A DNA stretch of 14,119 nucleotides from Abditibacteriaceae bacterium (GCA_031425655.1 JANPJS010000265.1:1-14119); one strand, 5' to 3'. Shown: positions 1 to 8,835, counted from the first letter of the stretch. A program made the numbers and translations. The notes: generated by a model not told the origin, from the sequence alone.

Positions 1-95
1 AGCAAGCGCGATAATCCGGTCGCGGTGGTGGCCCCGAAGGACGACAACAGGTAATCCGTGTAAAGGTCGAGCAGGCGTAAGTTGTGCTTGGTCAT
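1..95 (-). CDS. Transposase N-terminus, IS701-family-like DDE (partial, runs off the left edge)
   Basis: Hand translation from ATG at 95 (minus strand): MTKHNLRLLDLYTDYLLSSFGATTATGLSRL. The LDxYxDYL...TATGLSxLL pattern is what I recognise as the N-terminus of IS701-like transposases. Too short for the ORF track. Confidence 0.75.
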   Translation of the reverse strand, partial: MTKHNLRLLDLYTDYLLSSFGATTATGLSRL

Positions 96-139
96 CAGCT
101 CTTCAGTTTCGCTACCACAAGCCAACCGCGTAAGATGAG
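1..139 (-). mobile_element. Left end of an IS701-like insertion sequence, putative terminal inverted repeat at about 128-139
   Basis: The transposase start at 95 is preceded by a 44-nt leader beginning 5'-CTCATCTTACGC (plus strand GCGTAAGATGAG, 128-139), which resembles termini I recall for this IS group. The other end is outside the window, so the IR and target duplication cannot be confirmed. Confidence 0.6.
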
Positions 140-163
140 AAGCTAAATAGGACGCTGGCTTTG

Positions 164-237
164 CACGCGGATTTCATGCGCGGATTTTCGCTGATTTCTT
201 TTTGTAAAACCGCGAAAATCAAAGCCGTTTCCGCGTG
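164..237. repeat. Degenerate palindromic repeat of CGCGGATTT-type units
   Basis: Units CGCGGATTTC, CGCGGATTTT and CGCTGATTTC occur at 166-198. CACGCGGA (164-171) pairs with TCCGCGTG (230-237), and GATTTTCGC (183-191) pairs with GCGAAAATC (212-220). Confidence 0.55.
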
Positions 238-282
238 GCCGAAGGCTCCGCGTTCTATTTTAAATCTGCGAACCAAATCATC

Positions 283-1452
283 ATGAAAATTACAGGATTG
301 AAGACATTCGTCGTCGGCTCTGGCTGGCGCAATTTGATTTTGCTGCGCTTGGAAACCGATGTGCCGGGGCTTTACGGCATCGGCGAGGCGACGGTGCAGT
401 GGGGCGACGAAGGAATGCTCGGCTACCTCGTGTCGCTGGAAAAACGCTATTTGCTGGGCCAAGACCCACGCGATATTGAAGCACTTTGGGAGCGCGTTTA
501 TCGCAACGAATACTGGCGGCGCGACTTTTTCGTGTGTTCGGCGCTTGGCGGCGTGGAAATGGCGTGCTGGGATATTCTCGGCAAGTCGTTGGGCGTTCCG
601 GTTTGGCGCTTGCTCGGCGGCAAATGCCGCGAAAGTGTGCGCGCTTATGCCAACGGCTGGTATCAAGTCGAGCGCACGCCCGAAGCTATCGCAGAGCGGG
701 CGCGCGACGTGGTCAAACGCGGCTACACGGCGTTGAAAATTGACCCATTCGGCGCCGGCTCGTATGAAATGAGCGAAGCCGAAAAAGCCACATCGGTCGA
801 AATTATCGCGGCTGTGCGCGAGGCTATCGGGCCGGAAACCGAGCTTTTCATTGAAATGCACGGACGTTTCGCAGCGCATACGGCCATTGAAATGTGTCAC
901 CGCCTTGCGCCGTTTCGTCCCGGCTGGTTCGAGGAGCCGGTGCCGCCCGAAAACACGCACGCGCTCTTGGAAGTGCGCCGCGCCGTCGCGCATCTGGGCA
1001 TTCCGGTTGCGGCGGGCGAACGCTTGTATACGCGCTATTCCTATCTCGATTTGCTGCGCGAACGCGCCGTTGACATCATTCAGCCGGACGTTTGCCATGC
1101 CGGCGGCTTGCTGGAAACCAAGAAAATCGCGGCGATGGCCGAAGCGCATTATATTCCGGTCGCGCCGCACAACGCTTGCTCGCCGGTCGGCACGATGGCG
1201 TCGGTGCATTTAGCGGTTTGCACACCGAATTTCAAGATTCAGGAAACCTTCGACGACATGGTCGAACCGTGGGTGCGCGACGCCATTATCGGGCGCCCGG
1301 AAATCGTGGATGGCCATTTCGCTTTGCCCGAAGCGCCGGGGTTGGGCGTGGATTTGAACGAAGAAATCATCGCCGCGCATCCGCCGATGGAAGGCTTTAT
1401 GGACTTCTGGAAAACCGGCTGGGAAAAGCGCGACAGCTACCGCGCGGAGTGA
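283..1452 (+). CDS. Mandelate racemase/enolase-superfamily acid-sugar dehydratase (galactonate/gluconate dehydratase-like)
   Basis: ATG at 283 gives the typical MKITGLKTF start, preferred over GTG 235. Motifs: GIGEA, EMACWDILGK..GVPVWRLLGG, KIDPF, metal ligands in IEMHG/FEEP/GER, IQPD..HAGG, and PHN. The substrate is uncertain. Confidence 0.9.
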   Translation: MKITGLKTFVVGSGWRNLILLRLETDVPGLYGIGEATVQWGDEGMLGYLVSLEKRYLLGQDPRDIEALWERVYRNEYWRRDFFVCSALGGVEMACWDILGKSLGVPVWRLLGGKCRESVRAYANGWYQVERTPEAIAERARDVVKRGYTALKIDPFGAGSYEMSEAEKATSVEIIAAVREAIGPETELFIEMHGRFAAHTAIEMCHRLAPFRPGWFEEPVPPENTHALLEVRRAVAHLGIPVAAGERLYTRYSYLDLLRERAVDIIQPDVCHAGGLLETKKIAAMAEAHYIPVAPHNACSPVGTMASVHLAVCTPNFKIQETFDDMVEPWVRDAIIGRPEIVDGHFALPEAPGLGVDLNEEIIAAHPPMEGFMDFWKTGWEKRDSYRAE

Positions 1453-1471
1453 AATTCGCCGTTTGAGACGT

Positions 1472-1508
1472 AAAACAGCGCCCTGTTCAGTGAACAGGGC
1501 GCTGTTTT
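1472..1508. terminator. Bidirectional rho-independent terminator
   Basis: Perfect 18-bp inverted repeat AAAACAGCGCCCTGTTCA-g-TGAACAGGGCGCTGTTTT with A and T tails, lying between convergent stop codons at 1452 and 1526. Confidence 0.85.
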
Positions 1509-1525
1509 GCCGTTCGAGAGCAAAA

Positions 1526-4500
1526 TTAACGGCCAAAAGTCGCGTCGGAGCGATATTTCGTGGTTTCGGAGAAGCCGCTGTTGCCGACAAGATCAAAGGC
1601 TTGGGCTTGCACTCGATAGGAGCCGGGCGGCAGTCCGCTTAAATCAACAATAAACGATGCTGTGCCGTTTTGACCGAGCGTTACCTGCGCCTCGCGCGTA
1701 ATGGTTTGGCCGGGTTGGTCGGTCGCGGGCGTGAGAAGCACGAACACTTGAGCGATGCCCGAACCGGCGTCGAAGGCAGTGCCGCTGAGCGTTCGAGGGT
1801 TGGAAAGGCTGCGATTGAAGCTGACTCCCGGCGCGGTGTTATCGGCTTGGGGATTCACAATCACAGCGCGGCTGAATTCGCTGGTATCGCCGGTTGCCAA
1901 ATTCGTCGCCGTCGTCATGATGCTGCGATTCGACAGCGATTGCGCGAGGCTAAACGTAAATCCGGCATCGCCGTTCGCGTTGGTGGTGACCGTCTTTTGG
2001 CCCAGATAAACCTGACCGGAGTTGTTTGGGCTATTCGCGTAGAAATCGAGAGCAAAGCTGGTGCTGGGCAGGCTGTTCAAGCTGCCGCGCACGCCGCCGC
2101 GCGAACCAGATGTTGCGGCGCGACTGAGCAGCGGGTAATTTTGCAGGTTGTTCGGGCCGCTATCGACATCGCGCCGATCGTTGGGCGTGATGCCATCGCC
2201 ATCGCCGTGGAAATCTCCGGTCAGGTCAATACCCAAAGCCTGATTAGAGAAAATGGCATTGCCGCGAATCGTGTTTCCGGTAGTCGAAATGTCACTCGTG
2301 GGGCTGCTCACCAATACACCTTGAGCGCGATTATAAGCGATGTGATTTCCCTCGCCTACCATTGATCCTCCGATGAAGTTACCGTGTGAGCCGTTTTTAA
2401 TTTCGATTCCCACGAAACCGTTAGGCAGCGGGCCGCCAGTTTTATTCAATCCGATAATATTGCCTTGCACATGGTCTCCATTGGCGATTTCGAGCAGGAT
2501 TCCATGATTGCGGTTACCTGAGATAAGATTGCCGGCGCCGGTTGTTATGCCGCCGATTAGGCTGTTGGATGTGTATACGAGGTAAAGACCACTAAAGTTG
2601 GGTAAAGCTGCGGCGCCACTACTGTCGGTGCCGATAAAGTTGCCTTGGACAATATTACCCTTACCCTCAGATAGAATCACACCAAAGCTTTGGTTGCCGG
2701 AAATAATATTGCGTGCATCCGGCTGGGTGCCGCCAATCGTGTTATTCCGTGCCAGGGAGATGACAATACCTGCGCCTTGGTTAGCCAACGCTTTCTTACC
2801 GCTGATATCGGTGCCGATGAAGTTGCCCTGCACAAAGTTATTCATGGTGGGCGCGTCATCGCCGGGAAGAGATGCGGCGTTGAGTGCGATCTGGCTGTTT
2901 TTTTCGCTTGCTGTTGTGCTTAGTGGTGAGGGTGGCAGTGGGTTGCGATATATATCGCTTATTTGTATGCCGTCGCTGCCATTACCGGAAATGATGTTGC
3001 GTGCGCCTTTTTCGATTCCGCCGATGAGGTTATCTTGCGGTGCGCCGGTAAAGACACCATCGGAATTCTCGGAAGCAAAAATATTGACACCTATAAATTT
3101 ATTGCCCAGAGCTTTGGTGCCGGTCGCGTCCACCCCGATGAAGTTGCCTTGCACACGATTGTTGTCGCCAAGAATGCCAATTCCGTCATAGTTGTTGCCG
3201 GAGATAACATTGCGCGCTCCCGGTTCGCTGCCGCCAATGAGGTTGCCCTTCGCGCCGATAAGAGCACCTGTGGAATCTCTAAAGCCAGAGATAGAAATGC
3301 CTGAGGAACCGTTTCCCAGAGCTTTGGTGCCGCTTTTGTCGGTTCCGATGAAGTTGCCCTGCACGCGATTGTTGTCGCTAATAATGTCAATCCCGTTATA
3401 GCCGTTGCCAGACACAATGTTGCGTGTTCCCGGCTGCGTTCCACCAATGAGATTGTTAACGCCAAAAATATCAATGCCCCTAAATTTATTACCCAGCGCC
3501 TTTGTGCCGTCCTTGTCAGTCCCGATGAAGTTTCCTTGCACGAGATTGTTATCGCCGAAAATTTCAATCCCAACAAGACTATTGCTCGCTATGACGTTGC
3601 GCGCCCCCGGTTCGCTGCCGCCGACGAAATTGCTGTGGGTTGCAATGAAAACACCCGTTCCAAAGTTAGGCATGGCTTTGGTGCCGCTTGTGTCCAGTCC
3701 GATGGTATTGCCCTGAACCGCGTTATGGCGGGTATTGGTGCCGAAAAATGCGATTCCGTCGCCGAAATTGCCGGAAATAATGTTGCCTGCCTTCGCACTT
3801 GTGCCGCCGATTAGGTTATTCCGCGCGCCGTCGGAAACGTAGACCGCAGACGCACCGCCTCCGAATCCGTCCAAGCTGTTGCCGATAGCCTGTGTGCCAC
3901 TCCCATCGGGGCCGATGAGATTGCCCTGCACGCGGTTGCCCGACGTGCCCGCGTCAGTGAGAACAACGCCATGTTCGGCGTTGCCGGAAATGATATTGCC
4001 CGTGCCCGGCGCGGTGCCGCCGATGAGGTTATCTTGCGCGGCTTGGCTGATGCGAACGCCGCCTTGCGGTGTGTTCGTGGTGTAAATCGCGGCGTGGGTG
4101 TTTCCTATGGGATATGAGCCGCTGACATCCAGCCCGATGGTGTTGCCCTGCACGCGGTTGCCTTTGGTGCCTTTGCCACGGATCAGCACACCATCGAAAC
4201 GGTTGCCGGAGATAATGTTGCCTGCTTCGGAACCGCCGCCGATGAGGTTGTTGCCGGCGCCTGCGGCAATCTCCACCCCACAATAGTTGCCCATTTCCGA
4301 CGAACCGCTGATGTCGGTGCCGATGTAATTACCTTGCACCACATTGTTATCGCTGCCTTTGCCGGCAATGAAAACGCCGTTACCGAAATCACCGCCGCCG
4401 GAAAGGATATTGCCGTCATTGGCCCCTGTGCCGCCGATGATGTTATGATTCGCGCCCTCGACGATGTCTATGCCGTCAACAATCAATTCGCCGTCGGGCA

Positions 4501-6472
4501 AAGCGGTGCCGTGCCTGCCGTTGGGAAAAGAGCGATAGCCGATGACATCTATTCCAATGAAGCAGCCTTCAACACGATTATTGGCCGCACGTTTCCCGCG
4601 CAGCACAACGCCACCGCCGCCGAAGCTGTGAACGACCAGACTACGAATCGTGCAGTGCGCCGCTCTGATTTCCAGCCCGTTAGCCTCATCTCCGGCATCA
4701 ATGCCGTTGAGCACAATGATGGGATCGTCCCTAAATCCGGCCTGACTGCTGCCGTTGATTGTCGTGTCGTCGTCGCGGAGAACCGGCAGCGCCGATTTTG
4801 GCTGAATGGTAAACGCGCCGTAATTGTAACCGGCGTCACTCTGCGGAATATTGAACTTGATGGTATCGGCGCTGCTGTGCGCGTTGGCGGCGTTGATGGC
4901 TTCGCGCAGCGAACAGTGTTCCGCGCCGCAAAGGCCATCGTTGTTGTCATCGGTTGTTGTAACGATGAAAGTCGGGCCGCTTTGCGCGATGTCGGCTTCG
5001 TAAGCGCCAATATCGGAGCCGTCGCCGCCAGTTGCATCGGCGATGGTGGGGTTATCAATCGGACGGTGAAATCTGCGCTGGTCGGAGTTCAAGCCGAAGT
5101 GTTTGCCCTTGTCAATCGCTGGACTGCCGGGCAAAAGCGCGTGGGTTTTGGTCAGCCCTCCGTTGTTATGAAGCGGGCCGAGCTTAGCATCTATCGGCGC
5201 CGATTCGCTGCCGACTTGGTCGCCGTTTTCGCCATCCACGAAACCGCTGCTGCCGTCGCCAATGCCGATGAGGTTATAGCCTTTGGAGAAGAAGGTTTCG
5301 CGCACATCGGCGCCTTCGGAAGCATGATTGCCCGCGATGATGCTGTTGACAATAGTCGCAATCGGCGCAGGCATATAATTGGTTGCGTAGTTCCTAAAGC
5401 CACCGCCTGCGTCGGCTGAATTTCCCGTGACGGTGCAGCTTCGGAGAAACAGTGAGGCAAAGGCGAAAATGGCCCCACCACTGTTACGGGCTTCGTTGCC
5501 CGAAAGCGTGCTGTTCCTGATAACGGCTGTTCCATATTCATGATCGAGAGCGCCGCCGTTCACGCGGGTCTGGTTGCCCGACAGCGTGGAATTGTTGATT
5601 GTCAGCCTCCCCAAATGGTAAATTGCTCCGCCCGATTCAGTCGCTTTGTTGCCTGTAATCGCACTGTTTTCAATGGTCATGTTTCCAGCAAGGCATAGAA
5701 TGGCGCCTCCTTTACCCCCATAATCGGCAAGAGAGCCGGAAGCGGTATTGCCGGAGATCGTGCAATTGCGAATCGCTACTAAATTGCTGGTGGGTGGCGT
5801 GTAAAAGGATGCGGCGTAGTTATAAATGGCGCCGCCGGAGCTACTTGAATTGCCGGAAAATTTGCAGTCGTCAAGGTGTATCACTCCCAAGTTGACGACG
5901 GCGGCGCCCCAGCCATAAGTCATGTTGTTGGAAAAAGTGCAATGGCTGACGTTCATCTCCCCGACATTTCTGATGGCGCCGTTGTAGAGCATCACATTGC
6001 CGAAAAACGCGCAGTTCGTGATCGTCATCGTCTTGTAATTGCTGATGAGGCCGCTGTCGTAACTAAAACCAAAGTTGTCCGAAAAAATGCAATCCTCAAC
6101 TCTCGCCCGGCTAAAGTTGGTGATAGCGCCCTGATCGCCGCAGTGGACGAAACTCACGTTGGAAACGAAAAAGAAGCCTTTCTGCACGTTAAAAATCGTA
6201 TTTTTATCGCCGCCGCTAATCGCCAGTTCGTTGGCGCCCGGCCCTACAATCGCCAACTCTTTGCTTATTTTCAACTCACTATCCAGCGTGATGGTGCCGG
6301 TGACAGCGGACGCGAAAGTAATGAGGTCGCCCGACTCGGCGCGGATGATGGCCGCACGCAGCGAACCTGTGCCCCTATCTTTGGTGTTGGTCACGGTCAA
6401 AGTGGCCGCGTGCGCGCAAACGGACGACAATGCGGTGAAGAGAACAGCGAGGCAAAGCGCCTTCAATTTCAT
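1526..6472 (-). CDS. Large secreted/surface parallel beta-helix repeat protein with choice-of-anchor Q and CSLREA domains (1648 aa)
   Basis: Signal peptide MKLKALCLAVLFTALSSVCAHA-A, with AAGGA just upstream of the ATG. Then VTNTKDRGTGSLRAAI, Pmp-like GGAI/xxGN repeats, a choice-of-anchor-Q-like block (LGPLHNNGGLTKTHALLPGSPAIDKG..DQR..DIGAYE), a literal CSLREA motif, 10 VQGNxIG repeats, GITPND..GPNNLQNYP and an Ig-like C-terminus. Confidence 0.88.
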   Translation of the reverse strand: MKLKALCLAVLFTALSSVCAHAATLTVTNTKDRGTGSLRAAIIRAESGDLITFASAVTGTITLDSELKISKELAIVGPGANELAISGGDKNTIFNVQKGFFFVSNVSFVHCGDQGAITNFSRARVEDCIFSDNFGFSYDSGLISNYKTMTITNCAFFGNVMLYNGAIRNVGEMNVSHCTFSNNMTYGWGAAVVNLGVIHLDDCKFSGNSSSSGGAIYNYAASFYTPPTSNLVAIRNCTISGNTASGSLADYGGKGGAILCLAGNMTIENSAITGNKATESGGAIYHLGRLTINNSTLSGNQTRVNGGALDHEYGTAVIRNSTLSGNEARNSGGAIFAFASLFLRSCTVTGNSADAGGGFRNYATNYMPAPIATIVNSIIAGNHASEGADVRETFFSKGYNLIGIGDGSSGFVDGENGDQVGSESAPIDAKLGPLHNNGGLTKTHALLPGSPAIDKGKHFGLNSDQRRFHRPIDNPTIADATGGDGSDIGAYEADIAQSGPTFIVTTTDDNNDGLCGAEHCSLREAINAANAHSSADTIKFNIPQSDAGYNYGAFTIQPKSALPVLRDDDTTINGSSQAGFRDDPIIVLNGIDAGDEANGLEIRAAHCTIRSLVVHSFGGGGVVLRGKRAANNRVEGCFIGIDVIGYRSFPNGRHGTALPDGELIVDGIDIVEGANHNIIGGTGANDGNILSGGGDFGNGVFIAGKGSDNNVVQGNYIGTDISGSSEMGNYCGVEIAAGAGNNLIGGGSEAGNIISGNRFDGVLIRGKGTKGNRVQGNTIGLDVSGSYPIGNTHAAIYTTNTPQGGVRISQAAQDNLIGGTAPGTGNIISGNAEHGVVLTDAGTSGNRVQGNLIGPDGSGTQAIGNSLDGFGGGASAVYVSDGARNNLIGGTSAKAGNIISGNFGDGIAFFGTNTRHNAVQGNTIGLDTSGTKAMPNFGTGVFIATHSNFVGGSEPGARNVIASNSLVGIEIFGDNNLVQGNFIGTDKDGTKALGNKFRGIDIFGVNNLIGGTQPGTRNIVSGNGYNGIDIISDNNRVQGNFIGTDKSGTKALGNGSSGISISGFRDSTGALIGAKGNLIGGSEPGARNVISGNNYDGIGILGDNNRVQGNFIGVDATGTKALGNKFIGVNIFASENSDGVFTGAPQDNLIGGIEKGARNIISGNGSDGIQISDIYRNPLPPSPLSTTASEKNSQIALNAASLPGDDAPTMNNFVQGNFIGTDISGKKALANQGAGIVISLARNNTIGGTQPDARNIISGNQSFGVILSEGKGNIVQGNFIGTDSSGAAALPNFSGLYLVYTSNSLIGGITTGAGNLISGNRNHGILLEIANGDHVQGNIIGLNKTGGPLPNGFVGIEIKNGSHGNFIGGSMVGEGNHIAYNRAQGVLVSSPTSDISTTGNTIRGNAIFSNQALGIDLTGDFHGDGDGITPNDRRDVDSGPNNLQNYPLLSRAATSGSRGGVRGSLNSLPSTSFALDFYANSPNNSGQVYLGQKTVTTNANGDAGFTFSLAQSLSNRSIMTTATNLATGDTSEFSRAVIVNPQADNTAPGVSFNRSLSNPRTLSGTAFDAGSGIAQVFVLLTPATDQPGQTITREAQVTLGQNGTASFIVDLSGLPPGSYRVQAQAFDLVGNSGFSETTKYRSDATFGR
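2436..4450 (-). repeat. Intragenic tandem array of about 10 beta-helix repeats (roughly 55-100 aa each)
   Basis: Consensus NxIGG(T/S)xxGxxNxISGN..G(I/V)xI..NxVQGNxIG(T/L)DxSG. A DNA core close to CCGATGAAGTTGCCCTGCAC recurs near 2813, 3135, 3345, 3522, 3912 and 4134. Confidence 0.85.
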
Positions 6473-6580
6473 AAAAATCCTTTTAGCGTAAAAATCAACT
6501 GTGCCTATTTAATCACAATTTCGCTTGATTCCACCAAAAACAAATTCAGTCCGGTAAAATTAGAAAGTTGCCTGTTTCCT

Positions 6581-8173
6581 ATGAATATTCACAATGAAAT
6601 CCAGCGCCGCCGCACCTTTGCGATTATTTCGCATCCCGACGCCGGCAAAACCACGCTCACCGAAAAGCTGCTGATGTATGGAGGCGCCCTGCAATTGGCC
6701 GGCTCGGTCACGGCGCGCCGCAACCAGAACGCCACCACTTCCGACTGGATGGAATTGGAAAAACAGCGCGGCATTTCGGTCAGCTCGACGGTGTTGCAAT
6801 TCGATTACGCGGGCTATCGCATCAACCTGCTCGATACGCCCGGTCACCACGATTTTTCCGAAGACACTTATCGCGTTTTGACGGCGGTGGACGCCGCCGT
6901 GATGGTGATTGACGCCGGCAAAGGCATTCAAGCGCAGACGCGCAAGCTGTTTGAAGTCTGCCGTCGGCGCGGCGTGCCGATTTTCACTTTTATGAACAAG
7001 CTCGACCGGCCTTCCTTAGAGCCGCTTGCGCTACTGGACGAGTTGGAGCGCGTGCTGAATATCAAAGCGTATCCCGTCAATTGGCCCCTCGGCGACGGCG
7101 ACCGTTTCAAAGGCGTTTTCGACCGATTGACCAGTGAAGTGCATTTATTCGAGCGCACGCAGCACGGCGCTTATCGCGCGCCGGTTGCGATTAGCGATTT
7201 GTCCGACCCCATCGTCAAAGAGCGCGTTGACCCGACGACGTATGCGCGAGTTTGCGAAGAATTGGAGATGCTCGAAGCCGCCGGAGCGCCTTTCGACCAA
7301 GCCGAAGTGCGCGCGGGCGAAACCACGCCGGTCTTTTTCGGCAGCGCCATGAACAATTTCGGCGTGCAACTGATGCTGGACAGCTTTTTGGCGATGTCGC
7401 TGCCTCCGACTTCGCGCGAAACGCGCGGCGGCGAAGTCAAGCCCGAAGACGCCAATTTTTCCGGCTTTATTTTTAAGATTCAAGCCAATCTCGACCCGCG
7501 CCACCGCGACCGCATCGCGTTTGTGCGCGTGGTATCGGGCAAATTCGAGCGCGATATGACCGTTCATCACTCGCGCAGCGGCAAAAAAGTGCGCCTTTCC
7601 AACGCGCAAAAGTTGTTCGGACGTGAACGCGATACGATAGACGAAGCCTACGCGGGCGATGTCATCGGCATCGTGGGCAAAGACGATTTCGGCATCGGCG
7701 ACACGCTCAGCGAAGACCCGGCCATTTTCTACGAAGAAATTCCGCGCTTTGCGCCCGAAACCTTCGCGTATTTGCACAACCCGAACACGGCCAAATACAA
7801 ACGCTTCCGCGACGGCCTCTCGCAGCTTTTGCAGGAAGGCGTGGTGCAGCAATTTGAGATGCAAAACTCGCTGCAAAAAATCCCACTTTTGGCCGCCGTC
7901 GGGCCGCTGCAATTTGAAGTGGTGCAATATCGTCTGGAAAACGAATACGGCGCCGAAGCGCGCTTCGAGAGCACGCCTTACACCTCGGTGCGCTGGTTTC
8001 GAGGCAAAAATGGCTCGAACGCCAAACCCGTTTTGCCCGCCACGTCCGCTTTAGCCACCGACGCCGACGGCCAGCGCGTCGCGCTTTTCGAGGATAGCTG
8101 GTCGCTGCGCTTTTTCAGCGAAAACAACCCCGATTTTGAAATCTCCGACAACCCTTTCAAGCCCCAAACATGA
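6581..8173 (+). CDS. prfC: Peptide chain release factor 3 (RF3 GTPase)
   Basis: RRTFAIISHPDAGKTTLTEKLL, SDWMELEKQRGISV, DTPGHHDFSEDTYR, NKLDR, FKIQANLDPRHRDRIAF and AVGPLQFEV. The ATG at 6581 gives 530 aa, the usual RF3 size. Confidence 0.97.
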   Translation: MNIHNEIQRRRTFAIISHPDAGKTTLTEKLLMYGGALQLAGSVTARRNQNATTSDWMELEKQRGISVSSTVLQFDYAGYRINLLDTPGHHDFSEDTYRVLTAVDAAVMVIDAGKGIQAQTRKLFEVCRRRGVPIFTFMNKLDRPSLEPLALLDELERVLNIKAYPVNWPLGDGDRFKGVFDRLTSEVHLFERTQHGAYRAPVAISDLSDPIVKERVDPTTYARVCEELEMLEAAGAPFDQAEVRAGETTPVFFGSAMNNFGVQLMLDSFLAMSLPPTSRETRGGEVKPEDANFSGFIFKIQANLDPRHRDRIAFVRVVSGKFERDMTVHHSRSGKKVRLSNAQKLFGRERDTIDEAYAGDVIGIVGKDDFGIGDTLSEDPAIFYEEIPRFAPETFAYLHNPNTAKYKRFRDGLSQLLQEGVVQQFEMQNSLQKIPLLAAVGPLQFEVVQYRLENEYGAEARFESTPYTSVRWFRGKNGSNAKPVLPATSALATDADGQRVALFEDSWSLRFFSENNPDFEISDNPFKPQT

Positions 8174-8835
8174 ATTTCGACTTGAAAAATGCGCTGGCTG
8201 CAAAGGAAATCCGCGCCCTGATTTTCGATATGGACGGCACGCTGGTGGACAACATGGATTTCCATCATCGCGCCTGGATTGAGTGGGCGCGGCGCGAAGG
8301 TTTGACCGGCAGCGACGGGGAAATCTTGTCGCAGACGCACGGCACGCTGCGTGAAATCGTGCGCCGCCTCTTTCCACAAGAAAGCGACGATGATGTGCTG
8401 CACGCGCGCGGCGAACGCAAGGAAGCCCTTTATCGTGAGCTTTATCGCCCGCATTTGCGCTTGATTCCCGGCCTGTTGGAACTTTTGCAGGCCACCAAAA
8501 AACGCGGCCTGCCGATGGCTGTGGCCACAGCCGGCGACCGCACCAACATTGATTTCACGCTTGACGGTTTGAACGTGCGCCCTTATTTCGATGCCATCGT
8601 AGGCGCCGAAGACGTGCGCAACGGCAAGCCGCATCCTGAGGTTTTTCTGCTCGCGGCGCAAAAATTAGCGGTCGCACCGGAATCGTGTCTGGTTTTCGAG
8701 GACGCCCCCGTAGGCGCCGAAGCCGCGCGACGGGCCGGAATGTCGTGCATCGTCGTCAACGCGATGGCGCCGCGCGAAGCCTTCGACAAAGCCGCTCACG
8801 TTCTGCATTTCGCACGCGATTACGAAGAATTCTAA
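8170..8835 (+). CDS. HAD-superfamily phosphatase (subfamily IA, beta-PGM/YqaB/CbbY-like)
   Basis: Motif I FDMDGTLVD, motif II VAT, motif III GKPHP and motif IV FED..VG. ATGA overlap with the prfC stop (8170-8173). Confidence 0.9.
   Translation: MNFDLKNALAAKEIRALIFDMDGTLVDNMDFHHRAWIEWARREGLTGSDGEILSQTHGTLREIVRRLFPQESDDDVLHARGERKEALYRELYRPHLRLIPGLLELLQATKKRGLPMAVATAGDRTNIDFTLDGLNVRPYFDAIVGAEDVRNGKPHPEVFLLAAQKLAVAPESCLVFEDAPVGAEAARRAGMSCIVVNAMAPREAFDKAAHVLHFARDYEEF

Noticed and set aside
112..1209. 365-aa minus-strand ORF and other long shadow ORFs (1670-2365, 4334-5419, 7145-7927, 7978-8661, 11493-12215)
   Set aside because: They are antisense to well-supported genes and show no recognisable motifs. 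Such ORFs are expected from stop-codon scarcity in GC-rich codon-biased DNA.
283..1452. Assigning the symbol dgoD
   Set aside because: There are no neighbouring dgo genes, and KIDPF/IEMHG differ from canonical E. coli DgoD motifs, so the substrate cannot be fixed from sequence.
3108..3460. Diversity-generating retroelement TR/VR pair among the surface-protein repeats
   Set aside because: Differences between the copies are not adenine-specific, both copies are in-frame coding, and no reverse transcriptase is in the window.
5876..6580. 235-aa N-terminal extension of prfC in the ORF track
   Set aside because: It overlaps the antisense surface-protein gene. RF3 homology begins at ATG 6581.
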